This document shows, piece after piece, positions 20,621-33,436 of a stretch of DNA of 64,000 bases. Position 1 is the first letter of the stretch. Each line of letters starts with the position of its first letter. The notes under the pieces are model-generated. The model saw nothing but the letters and a program-made list of their open reading frames with translations. It was not told the origin of the DNA and ran no database searches. The stretch comes from Tubulanus polymorphus (lineage: Eukaryota; Animalia; Nemertea). The DNA lies in contig NC_134028.1 of the NCBI RefSeq assembly GCF_964204645.1, forward strand, positions 4,216,001-4,280,000. Reading direction: 5' to 3'. A program made the position numbers and the translations under genes.

Positions 20621-21039
20621 AGTTTGTTTCTTGCTGGTATATTCCATGTGAAGACGTACCTGATACGTTTTAAAAAGCTAGGAAGACATCCTCAGGGGTG
20701 ACCACCGACCTGGAAGGCTCTGGGAGTTGGAAGTTTAGAAAAAATTAGGGAATTTGACAAATTGTACCAAAAACCTGGTGAACTCATTCGGGAAATGTTG
20801 TTGACCGCGTTTCTTTAACAATACTTGTTTCATTGGAAAATGAATGAATTCAAACATCTTAAACCAAGAATTTTTTCTTTATTTAAAATTATCATAAAGG
20901 GAATTTAACTGAATCTCACGAAATTGGTACAATGGCGACTAACGGTCTAACAGTAGCGCCTGTAGTGGTAATCCTTAAGAAACATGCATTCATGTGGTAA
21001 GTGTAGGTACAATTCAGAACCTCTTTTTGATTACATTGT

Positions 21040-21159
21040 TGCCCTCCCGGTAGGAAGGACTTCAAAAATATGTCTATAGACTCATTGATTGTTCCTCTCC
21101 ACGGAAATCTTTAGTAAAAGGCGAAAGATTTAAACGCGGTTGAAGAGAAACCAGAGTGA
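21040..21159 (-). ncRNA. RNU5: U5 spliceosomal snRNA (copy 1)
   Basis: Minus strand ACTCTGGTTTCTCTTCA...AAATCTTTCGCCTTTTACTAAAGATTTCCGTGGAGAGGAAC includes the invariant loop 1 GCCTTTTAC. It has an Sm site ATTTTTG, a 3' hairpin GTCCTTCC-TACC-GGGAGGGC and a PSE-like AAACACCA about 57 nt upstream. Confidence 0.95.
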
Positions 21160-24100
21160 CAATAATGTGATCACGTTGGTATTAATACGTTGGAAACCAT
21201 GTTTTTCAATTTGGTGTTTTTAGTTATTTCCTCAATGCATTTACGTTTGATGCTATTTGTTTTGTCTAAAATATCAGTCAATTACAAGGAACAAACTAAT
21301 AATCCCAAAATAACGATGGGACATTGGCCAAAATATTATAGCAATTTTAAGTGAAATAGAACGATCATTGATATATCTCTAGTTAAAGGGTTCTGTTAGT
21401 TACACATAGGTGGAGCTTTCTTCCACTTTCCACGCTTGACTTCGATCGTGAACGAACTCTGAAAGAAGTCGCCACAAAGTCATATTCTTCAATCCCGTGA
21501 ACTCTATCGTATTCAAAGTGATCATTAGAGGAAGTTACGTCCGCGATCAAAGACATCGAACAATTATTTTTAATTAGGCTAATAATATACGAGGAGAAAC
21601 GCGCGGGCGCAGTCGGGAGTGACGACTTAAATCAGAATCCGAGCTCAGACGATAATCACGTTTTCGTCTGCTGCGATAAAACACACGCGAAATGATTGAA
21701 TTTCTCAAAGACATGCCAATAAGGGTAAAATTTATGTGCTAATTAGGGATATTTGAATAAATAATTAAAAGGCGACTGTCGATAGGTCTACTATTGATAG
21801 TAAAACACGCGATTTTGCGTGTAATTTATTGACGAAACTTCGCCATCAATAACACACAACTGACGACTTAAATTCGTGACACTTTTTTACTTCGAATATC
21901 CGTATAAAAATGGAGAATTGATTCTCGACCGGACTGCCACTGATGGAACATTGGCTAGTTTGCTTATTCTTTTCGATTAGCAAAATAGAAATCGCCGAAA
22001 GACGGTGACCTCACCGAGGTACATACAATAGCTATTTGTTTGGATTTCTTATCGGTCAGTGAAAATATCAACCCTTAAATGATATTCCGAGCATATTCCC
22101 GGCAATGTTTGCCAAATTTGATGACTGTTGTGGGTTGATAAGAGGAGTCATGTGACAAACATTTCCTTACCGCACAGTGGTGTCCACATCTTATTTAGCG
22201 CCCGTTGTTTCATTACGCATTGACTTCGGACTGGCCCGCTACAACTACACATTTCAATCCATGAAGTTCCAAAAGATTGTTTTGCAACTTTCTTCGGGTT
22301 CAAAGTCGACTCACACGTCTCAATGGGTAATGAATTCTATTCAGAAGCCGCATTAATCGTTCGTGTCAAAACAGTGAAGTCGATTTTCTCGTCGAGTCGC
22401 GGATTATGTTCGCACGCGGGGTCCACTTCTGGTTATTTGGTGTATGTAGCAAACGCGGAGTAATTGATTATCAAACTCATAATTTATCCGCACAGGTTTA
22501 ATGTTGACAAGAAATTTATCTTGAGCTGTCCGACGAATAGCTATTTAGCCTCCCCGCCAAGACCAATTAATCTCTCGCTTTGACAGGTAGAGAGTTTGAA
22601 CTCGAATTGAAAATTGCTTCTCGCGTTCATGTTACGTCGCATGGATTACCGACAAGTTGTCATATTTTTGCCGCATTGAAACATGACGCAGTTGTTAAGT
22701 CTTAGTGATTAATGGCGTTAGACTGAACATCCGACCGTCCCAATGACGCTGTCACCATTAATAGTCAGTTTATTTTTGTCAAATGTCAAATCGCTTGTCA
22801 GTTTTAGACCCAATCCTATCGTGCCCGATGAGCGAATGTCTTTAAAGTATAAACGATTCTAATTCCATTTAGTTCGCGATGATGTTTTCAACGGGCAGTT
22901 GTCACATTTTGATGTCGCAAAAACTATCGCTTGGAATTATGTCATTGACGGGATTTTGGCATTCTGTCAATGTGTGCATAACGACGTTTCAATACTGACG
23001 ACATTGACCGCAAGATCCGTGACAGCTGTCTTCTAGATACCCCGTTTCAACGACAATCTGCAGGTTTCGCTGTGGATTACATTATACGTACTCTCTTTAC
23101 GTTACACTATTTCGGTAACTTCGGGCCTTTTTTAAAGTTTAAGTCCATCGAAAACCCATCTTCTGTTTCTCTATTCGCTCGAAAGTCTGACGTTTTCAAA
23201 TCCTACACCCCCCGCATTTCAATCTGACGAGGTTCTTTATTTGCTCAGCTGTCCGCAATGCCTCGGCTTCTATCGCCAAAACAAAGATCGTCTTTATTTT
23301 AATTAGTGCCACAGAAAACGCATAGAAATTTATAAAATGAATAAATAGGTTTGTATATCTAAAAAAAAAACAAAATTCATGCGCATATGTTATTATCGCC
23401 CGATACATGATTAATGACGTCAGAACGGCACCTCTGACCATGGTGGTATACATCTATCATCAAGCTTCCGACGCTTTGACGTTAAGCTAACGTAAAAACG
23501 TCAACAATGATTAAGTTGCCGTTTATGTCGTTCCAAGGGAGCCAACAATCGCTCCAGCGATCTTATACAGTGGCACCATCTAGCGGGAACCCTGAAGTAG
23601 GCACTCGTGCAGTTCCTGTTTGGCCAAATGAAACTTGTCTGCACCCCCGAAAAGTTCAGGGGATCTAAAGCCCACTGCTTGAGGTGTAGATGAAGAAAGC
23701 TGAAATATAATAGGTTCCCCTTATTTCGAATGTGTAAAATTCGACCAAAATGATAACATTAAATGTTAGAAAGAACAGTGTTTTTTTTCTCCCAAAAGCT
23801 GCACTGAGTCGTTCCAAAATCTACCGCTCCGCGACACTCCTCGCCGCATACTGAAAACTTGAGTTCGGGAAAATGTGCCTTTTTAATCATCTCTTGATGC
23901 AATAGCTGCAGGCAATTGTAAACAGCCCCGCGGACATGATACAATCACAGTCTTTTTTAAATCGCATTCGCCTCTGTTCGTTATAGCAACAAACTGATTT
24001 GTTTTCATCTGAAACACACACCGGCGGCAATCGACAAACTAAAAGCGACTTATATGACGTGATCTCTTACAATACGTCAATCGAGATTTAATAGCAAATA

Positions 24101-25398
24101 TAAAACAACTTCATATTGTATATCGCTTCGTGGGCCAAAAGTCCCCGGCGTCAACCGTGCTACGGAATAAATCATGGATACTTTATTAAAATCCATATTT
24201 ATATCTTGCTGCAAAGCACCCATTATGCTGCCGATGAAATATGGTCCATCATTACGGCGAATGAATATTACTGGCGTGATGGACGAGGTTCGCCGGGATA
24301 GGCTGACAGCTTTAATTGCCTTTATAGAAGAAAAATGATAAATGATAAAGAATTAAGGGTTTAATAATTTATTGCACAATTGTGAGTGATAAATGACAGA
24401 GCATAAAGTGCTCCATAATTTACAACACAATGGCCAAGTGTCGACGTTGACTGCTGGGTTGGGAGGATAATTGATCACGATAAAAACAAGTCCCGTGTTT
24501 CCTATTCTATTCTGTGGCTGACGGGGTAATCCGCTGTGACTTTGCCCCATTTTTGTCCGAACACAATACAGTCATCAAACTAGCATCTTCACCTGTCCGT
24601 CTCTCAGTCGGAGAAACAGCAATTTTCAAACGTTTGAACTGTTCACTTCGTTCATCGTTTTTTAGAGTCCATGGTATTACATGCGACAAAGTTTGATTTT
24701 GATCGCGTTTGATTTTCATATTCACGTATTCCGTGATCAAGCGCTTATTGCAACACTATCGATATATTGACTGTCACCACCAACAGGTTTACGTGCAGCT
24801 CTTCTGTCTGCTGACGTCACTGACATAATGAAATATATATATATACATGTACATATATCAAAAAAATTATAACAGCTCACGATGATAACAGATTGGAATA
24901 TTTGATTATTTCGTCCACTATCGTTTTGTTCAAACTAAAAAAGAAATCATTAATTTTAACAGCACTGAATGTTATTTATCTAATGGAATTATTTGACGTT
25001 TTATTTGCTTTGATTGGACGTCGTTTTTGAGTTTCCAATAAAGGATGTTGTCATTTCAATTTATAAATTTGAAGTGTTATTTCAATAGACATACTGCGCT
25101 CTCACATTCTTTGAGCGCAGTTCAATTCTACGTGATTAATCTTAACTGGCGCAATATGGCACTTAAAATTGATAAATGGACAAGTCATTAAAATTCATTC
25201 GATAACGTTCCGCCAAGTCACGCATTTCGAACATGATAGCTTTGCCGGTTAAATTATTCACAAAGCATCCCTGGCTACTCAGTATAAGTATATTGTCTTC
25301 GTGAAAAACATGCCGAACAGTCATTAAAGCCATTATCATTCAAGCCGGCAATGCAAGCGGTACATACAATTCGTTGATTTTTCACATTTGTTGTCACC

Positions 25399-25471
25399 GG
25401 TTCCATGGTGTAGTGGTTATCACATCTGCTTAACACGCAGAAGGTCTCGGGTTCGAAACCCGATGGAACCT
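25399..25471 (+). tRNA. tRNA-Val (AAC)
   Basis: Full cloverleaf GGTTCCA...TGGAACC, anticodon arm TCTGC-TTAACAC-GCAGA, TTCGA T-loop, followed by a T-run terminator. Confidence 0.95.
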
Positions 25472-25986
25472 GTTTTTAATTTTTTACTTATGATCGATGG
25501 AAAAGACAGCCAGTAGAAAGCTCCACGTACATGGTATAACAGGTTTTTTCGCGGCGGTCCATTGCGTTAGTGTCGGGTATTGCCACTGGAAGCGCCGCTG
25601 TCGCCAAGTAACGAGAAAACGCCGGCATGCACCGCGAGGTGTGCAAGTATTTCATGATCCAATTTTCTTCAAAGTCAGCCCGGTTGATTGTGAGACTTTT
25701 CGGTGATAATACAATTTGCAATGTTACCTGTAGATTGTAATTGGTTTGACAGATTACGGTAACTTGTTTTGACGTACGGATGACGGCAAATGATACAACA
25801 AACTAGATTTGACGTTGACGCCGCTCTCTCGCATCAGCTTTATGATGTAATTTGACACCTAGAGTTAAAAAGAGTGTCCGTTTTAAAAATACGTTGATAG
25901 ATTAGGGGGATTCACGCTGTAAATGAAAACCTCCCTCGGAAGGTTTTGCTGAACTAGTTCAGGACACCTTGTAAGACGAGTTTAAT

Positions 25987-26161
25987 AAAGCCCAACGCAT
26001 ACGACGCAGGGAAACACGGAAACAGTAGAGACAGAAACATGTTTCCGAGCGTTTCCCTGCGTCGTCCGTGCTACACGGCTTCGGGAACAATGTGTCCAAG
26101 ATAAAAAAACACGCTTGATTCCGCGTGTCTGTGTTTCCCTGCGTTGGGCATAAACCGCTTA
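25987..26161. mobile_element. Small inverted-repeat element (MITE-like)
   Basis: GCCCAACGCA..ACGCAGGGAAACAC at the left and GTGTTTCCCTGCGTTGGGC at the right, with an internal GTTTCCCTGCGTCGT. Confidence 0.55.
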
Positions 26162-27838
26162 AAAATAATTGTAACGTGCTAAATTTCGCTGGAGTCATAC
26201 AGTTATCATTTATTTCAAATAAAGTGACATAAACCAGGTGCATCATTGCTCATTTTCGCTAAATCTTGCTTTCGGCGTTCGTTATCCCGTTCAAAATACG
26301 GACTGGGACAATAGCTGAACGCGGGGTGCTGGTGCGCCTGGTCTCATTTTTACCCGAGTTGTGAAAGACAGCGACACCATCTCGATCACGAGAGTCGAGC
26401 ATGACAAATTAAACGGGACGGGAAACGTGTCGAGGGACAATTTCCAGATAACTTGCTATAGCGACGACATGGCAGACGCATTTATTTCATTGCCGTTCAC
26501 GTGCATTAGCTTTAATATCAAAAGGCTTTCACGTGATTTATCGCTAGAAATTAACCTTACATTTTGCTCAGCTTTATCCACTAGCGGATGATGAATCGAT
26601 CTCAACATGGGAACTAACGTAGCATGCGGGGATGGGGCACCAAAACAGCCATATTAGGATGAAAAATGGCTTCGCTATTGGTATTAGCGTCCCTATCTGT
26701 CAAGCTTACTAATATGCTCACTCATCATTCGCTGCTGTCGACCAAATCACGCTAGAATTCTCATCTTTTCCCGCGCATTTTATCTCGAAGAAGAAATCGT
26801 GTCGGAATCGTTTACATACGACACAACCAGATGGCGCTGCATTAACACGGATAGTTTTTTTTTCCTGAAAATTGAAATGAATTGAACGTCATAAATTGAT
26901 AAATACGCTGCCAGCGTTCTGAGAATATTTTCATATTCGCGTCATTACTCGGCGCCCATAAAACGATATTGCTGACTTTCAAAGCATTCGTATACGCTAC
27001 GGAATGTTTCAAAATTACACTTGCGGCGAAGTATTTCGCCTTAAAACTCAGTCCATTCATAGGACATCTTGATCGTACAAACAATAGCACGGTTTTATGT
27101 CTCCGTCAGTAACATCAGTGGCTAATATCGACTCAAGAGACGCATAATATTTTAATCATCGCCGCATTATGACCGTAGTTAGTCATAAAATCTCTTAGCT
27201 AGATTAATCAAACAAAATTTATAGTGTCTGAAATAACATTCTGATGGGTATTATTATTCTCAAGCGAGGTTTGGCCCACGATTGATAGGGGACGATCGTA
27301 AGAGGTCATACTGAAGACGTTAAATCTCAATTAAAACCCATTCATTATAACCACAAAGAACGAACTTTTCATTTTTCGTAGAACTATACACTAAAAATCA
27401 TTCCTCGTTTCCTCTTTACGCGCCTTCGTTTTTCTTGGTATCGCCTGGCAGTATCGGAACACTGATCACAGTCACACCTACCTTTACCGGGAAAACCTAT
27501 ACCGGTACAGAGTCGGGAAGTTCGCGCTAAAGCGTCCACGTGTTTGATCAACCGTGAATTACAACCATCTAGAGCAAAAACAATAACCTAAACCGGTCGT
27601 AGATCATCATAAAAATATCCCAATAAAACAACATCATAAAATATAGAGAACTCGGGAAAGTCATCAGGTACAATGACGCCGTATACTAACTAACACACGA
27701 GACCAGGTCGAAAATAATTCTTCGAAATATTGTGTTTTATTTGCATCAATGGTCGATTGATTGCCGTACTGAGAGGAAAAACCACGCGATGGAAGTAGAT
27801 ATGCGATAAGATATTATATATTTTTTTGATTTCATAGT

Positions 27839-27958
27839 TGCCCTCCCGGTCGAGAGGACTTCAAAAATATGTTCACAGACTCATTGATTGTTCCTCTCCA
27901 CGGAAATCTTTAGTAAAAGGCGAAAGATTTAAGCGTGGTTGAAGAGAAACCAGAGTAT
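27839..27958 (-). ncRNA. RNU5: U5 spliceosomal snRNA (copy 2)
   Basis: Minus strand ATACTCTGGTTTCTCTTCA... with loop 1 GCCTTTTAC, Sm site ATTTTTG, a 3' hairpin GTCCTCTC-GACC-GGGAGGGC and a PSE-like AAACACCA about 56 nt upstream. Confidence 0.96.
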
Positions 27959-30900
27959 AGAACGGCGATTTCGATAGGTTTATATATAAAAAATATACAT
28001 CTAACATCATGGTGTTTATCTATATAATAGGATTATTGGAATGAGCTACAATTAACTAGATTTTTCCCTGTGAAGCTTCAATTATATTTATACGTTATAC
28101 CATTATATGATTTATAGTCATTTGTGCAATTATCCTATGGGTAAACACTGCAAAATTACACATACACATACACATAAACTGATAGTTTATATCCAAGTCC
28201 TACAGATGGCGCACAAAACCTATATGCGTGCGAACGCCAGGATACAGTCATATGGCTCCAATAGGATTGTTATAGATAATCTCGGATTACCGTAGTGATC
28301 TCTAATATGATTATCCGCACGTGGCAATATCCGTGTGATTATGTAATAGTTAAGCTTCTCTTGCTCCAACTCCATCTGGATTAGTAAAATCTTACGTTAA
28401 TCTGATAAACTCCAGTCATCGAAGTCAGAAATACGTGTTGAGAGAATTCGGAGGCGCGTGGCGATACCTGCCGCCAAACACCGGCGAGTTGAAGATATAA
28501 CAACAAATCCAGTTACTGGAAGATCGGCAAACTCTCTCTCTCTAATTAACTCTAGAGTTCGGAGGCGGATCCAGGACTTTCAAAGGGGAGAGCTCGGCCG
28601 AAGAAAGCAGCAATTTTGAAATTCGTCTTACTTTCGTGCATTGTGCAGGTTTTAAGCGCTGATTTTGATCTCCCATCACTTCTCGATAAGAGGAAATTCT
28701 GCTGAGGGGAGCACAGCTTCAGGACGATAAACCATCAGTCCGATCCGTGTCGGCCGTCGATTGATATAAAATCCGTTCCATGACAAGTCAGGTGTTATAT
28801 AGAACTTGGAACTGTATACATCTTCACGTTATAAATCCTCAATGATGAGTCACTGGATTTTTTTAAGGATTTAAACGAATTTTTAAATAAAAGGCAACTT
28901 TCAAAGGGGAAACTAAAGCCCTAGATGTAAAGAGGATATTTACGAGAGATGTTTTATTTCTTTAATAACTCACCATATGGTAAGGTATTCACGCTGGCAT
29001 GCCTATCACACTAGCTGTCGGTACTAGAAGGTGAAGATGGTTGCTTTGATCTTGTTTACCCCGCTGAGGATAGATTAACATCATACTGATGGATTTATAG
29101 GTTTCATTTCACGAGAATTGGCAGGTGAAACAGATGGTTAAGATCCATGTTTATCAAACACGCTACACTCTCACCGAGCTCTGCAGCCATCCTATACTCA
29201 GAACTGACAATAGATGGCGCCTTCAAAAAGCCTTTTACGCCAACTACGAAGAAAAAAGGAAATCATCAGGATTGGCCTTTTAGAAATTCGAGTTTTCTGT
29301 AGCGTTTTTCGGTAAGGTGGTTGCGGTGGCCTTCAAGGGCCCAGTTGATATTCCAACAGCTATTCTGCAACTCGTTTTGGGATGACATAACTGTCAAGAC
29401 GTATGCAGAAATAGTTGGTCATAAAAGTTATTCATGATGTCGCCTGTGTACATTTATCACAGAATATCGGCCGATTTTTCAGCCTTAATTCCCGCTATAA
29501 AGAAGATATATATGGCAGCCAGGCACGCTGACCATCGGTACAGCAATAAATCAGTAGGAAACATGGACGGACAATATCTGAAACTAATCTCGTTTGGTCT
29601 GTTAACTAAGCAACGTTCTTTGATGTATGTTGTCATATAGAAGTGTAAGTCATGGCGCGGAGCCGAACAGATAAACCGAGGGGGCTCACGACGGGTGATT
29701 TATGCCGATCGACACGAATGGTAATGTTTCCCTAATGACCGCACAACTCGGCCGTGATGTAGTGCCGACCGCGGCGAACTCGACGGCACGGAAAAATGGC
29801 GATGTCTTCATTCTTTACGCTTCATTAGTACCCGAGATGGACAGTCACAAAATGATCGATGCCCGTTACTACATGGAATGTAAGATTCGACCAGCCGTAT
29901 AGGACAGCAGTGATTAAGGAGCCTTGATCGCTTCTATCCGCTCGTCTATTTGAGGTTGATGCGGCTGATTTAAAGGATATTCCTGGATAAAATGAAATCA
30001 TCGCGTTTTAAGTTCTTACGAATAACTGTGGATTGAAGGCGTTTTACCAGAATTATCTGGTGTTTACCTTTAATTATTTGTAATAGACAGAACACCGTGG
30101 AACTAAAACGTTCTCCGAACAACATTTCGTGAGCAAAGGTCACATTGGCGTCATCACGTGATTATATAGAGATTAATCATAATCGAGCTTATGCCTCAGA
30201 AACCCACCAAATTGGCGTCATTAAAATTTCAATATTTTTGAGTCTTTTGCACCGCTGAACATAAACCTGCGTATGATTGATTAGACTTGCTTTATGGTAA
30301 TCTAAAAGTAAAGCCTATTTAGCCGATGCTTGGACATGTTCGTCCTAAAATAAAAGCTAAGTTGATTAATGATCGTCTAAAAATATCAATGGCATTCGAC
30401 ATGAGACATTAGAGGGAAGAGGTAATACACTTAGTCTTAGAGATTGACTTTGATGGATAGAGTACTCAGAATTCAGGCTTGCTTATAAACATAAACACAT
30501 ATTGCAACAAGAATAATGATCAAACATGTAAATTCCCCGAACAAATGTATTCTAAACATATCATCTTAAAAAGAGGGGTATACAAAGGTCTAGGTAGGGT
30601 CAGTCCGCGATTCTTGAATTGATTACAATTTTCGATCGCAAAAATGTTGTGAATTTTTTCTAGTTTTCAAGACTTTCCCTCAAAACCTCGGTCCCAGTTG
30701 AGTGATAGTGACGCATTTTCACGTCGACACGAAGCTATGATAAATGACAGCAATATTCGAAGTGAAATTACAGGAATATGGGTAATGTGTTCATAATTCT
30801 TTCATAGAAATGAATGACTTCCGGTGGTAATTGTTTCTTGTCATGGCAGATTGTGGCGGCTGAAGAAATGAGTGTCCCGGATGATCGATGGCCGCCTGTT

Positions 30901-31153
30901 TGGTAATATGACAAACGTGGAATTAATAACTACACTTCATATATGATTAATCGCCACTTGAATGAGCTTGAATTATAAACTCAGGCGTCCGAGCTGTTTA
31001 CGGGCACAGATTACAGTACGTGTGTTAATGAATTTACTCATTAATACAGCCTTGGACCGGGTCCATCTTAGTTCTATAGTCAACCCAACAACTCAAGACT
31101 GAATGAGGAGAACTTTTGGATTTCACTCTCAACTATCGATCGGTCGGGCCCTG

Positions 31154-31282
31154 GAGCCCGTTCCACAGTCGAGAAATAAGCCAAAAAAGTTCCTCAAACT
31201 GGCCTTTAGGTTGTCAGATTGGCTATAAAGCTAAAATGTTCCTAGACTGGTCTAAGTCTAACCCCTGACTATGGAACCGGCC
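31154..31282. mobile_element. Short Harbinger-type MITE, same family as 46014-46139 in opposite orientation
   Basis: The ends are GCCCGTTCCACAGTC / GACTATGGAACCGGC. The internal GTTGTCAGATTGGCTATA..GGTCTAAGTCTAA matches the reverse complement of the 46014 copy. Confidence 0.65.
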
Positions 31283-33363
31283 TTCATGTTCTCCGTCTTT
31301 CTGAAGATCGGCAAAAACGCCATTCATTCGTGCTGCAACCATACTTGGATTGGTAAAGTTATACATGTACATATATATGGAGAGAGCAGTTTTATAACAT
31401 CAAATTTCGACCAACAGCAAGCGCTTAGTGAAAAAGAATATGGAAACTGGTAGTCGTTACAAGATGAAACAAAGAACGGTCATGATATGGACCAGAGGCC
31501 AACCTGTCAGCCCTGCGATGATAGGAGAGTAAGGTCCCGTATATGTATGTATATAGATCAATCATTCACAATGCCACAAAGCAACCGACACGATGCATAA
31601 AAATCCCATCATCTTTCGGAAAGTTACGCTGATCCCTCGTCAAAAACTTGCCCATCAGGCTGTCAAACGAGAATAATTAATGACCTAGCTGACATACCGG
31701 CCCGTGTAAAGTAGGATATAGCTACAGAAACGATGTCAGTCGCATCTCATACTTCAGACGAACCGCTAGACGCCCGCGCCGTCAATCAATGCTGATTTAT
31801 TGCCCAGCTGTCAGTTCTAATTCTGCTAGTTTTCACCAAGCCGAGGAAACTAATGCAGTTCCCTGGTCTATATCTCACCCCAGTGATTTATACGAATAGA
31901 CAGGTCTACATAAATTACCAGTGAAGGGCCTGTCACTGCGAATCTCGTTGCACCAAAACTTTCCCTTTGAGATGATTGCCCAAAGCCCCCGGCAAAGGAG
32001 AAGTCTTATAAAAAAACTACTTTGATGTGCGTAAACATATAAAAACGGAAGTGGCAGCTTACATTCAGATGTGTTTATTTTCCGCGTATTTCACAAAGAT
32101 GAACTCGTCCGAGATAGCGCCATTCTTTTGATGAATAATGACATTTTTCCGCCGACAAATTTTATTTTGTTATCCTATATACTGTATGTATAATATATAC
32201 ATATTCACGTAAAATGGTTGAAGTGGTTGGATATGATCTTGTAACATCCTGACACGAAAAAAAAATCCATCGATACAACAAACTCTTTATATATACTTGT
32301 ATGTTTTTTTCATTCGATCGGCAGGCTAAAAAAACTATCTATTCCAGGATGAATATATGCAAAACAAAGTATTCATTATGAAAACGAATTAAATCCGCTA
32401 AAACTAAGCACTGGTAGTTGTAACGCAGACGACATTGTACGCCAAAAGATTTCCAGCCATATTATGAAGATGAGGTTTCCGTACAAATCATGCCCGGTGG
32501 GTTGTATCATTTCATGCATTGTAATTATCAGTGACGCCTTTGTTTTCACGCGGACATCCAACTAAAAAATACGACCTCCAGCGGTGCGATTTTTGGACGC
32601 ATGACGGACAGTGCCTCCTGGTGATATGAGGGCGAATTACTTCCGTTTCATTTCACTTACAATATTAGCTCTCACTGCTCGGGTATTGTGTTTCAAAGAC
32701 GCTAACGAGAAAACTCCCCGAAACCGCCCCAAACCACTTATCTACGCATTCTTCCCCATTGTCTAGAGTGTGTGCCATATTGCGACCGACGAGTTCAAAA
32801 AATCCGCCTAGTTATTAGTCTGTTCCCGCGTGACCAAGTGCGAAACAAAAATGAATCATTCACATGTGTAGCTAACCGTCAACAGAATAAGAAATTTAGA
32901 TTTTTGTCGGATGGATTTACATAATGTAGAGATCAGTATCAAGAAATGATGATAGCAGCAGAAAAATACATTAAGCCGATCACAGACCTTCAGGATAAAC
33001 AGAACCGATAAAACCGGCAAAATATCATAAGCATTATGTTCTAAAAGTTTTGCATCTTAGAACTTTACCAGAATATACCCGGTGCCAAATCAATGGTTGG
33101 AAGTTTTGTTCTCTTCATCTTCTCTAGTGTAATTGCCGTTGATGTTACTTTTATTGAAGTTATCTACAAGTTGATATTGATTTTTGTTATAAGAACCGCA
33201 GGCACTTATCATCACAAAACTCATTGTGAACACACCCCTAAATTTGTCTCTTCAAAATGTCAATCGTCAAATATTACGTATAGATTATTTGAATCGATAT
33301 GATCGTCATTGAGGGAGGATGAATTTAAAACAAGAGATTATCTCGCGAAACGTTGGAAAAAGG

Positions 33364-33436
33364 AGGTTCCAGCGGGGCTCGAACCCGCGACCTTCCGCGT
33401 GTAAAGCGGACGTGATAACCACTACACTATGGAACC
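33364..33436 (-). tRNA. tRNA-Val (TAC)
   Basis: Minus strand GGTTCCATAGTGTAGTGGTTATCACGTCCGCTTTACACGCGGAAGGTCGCGGGTTCGAGCCCCGCTGGAACCT forms a full cloverleaf with a T-run downstream. Confidence 0.96.
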
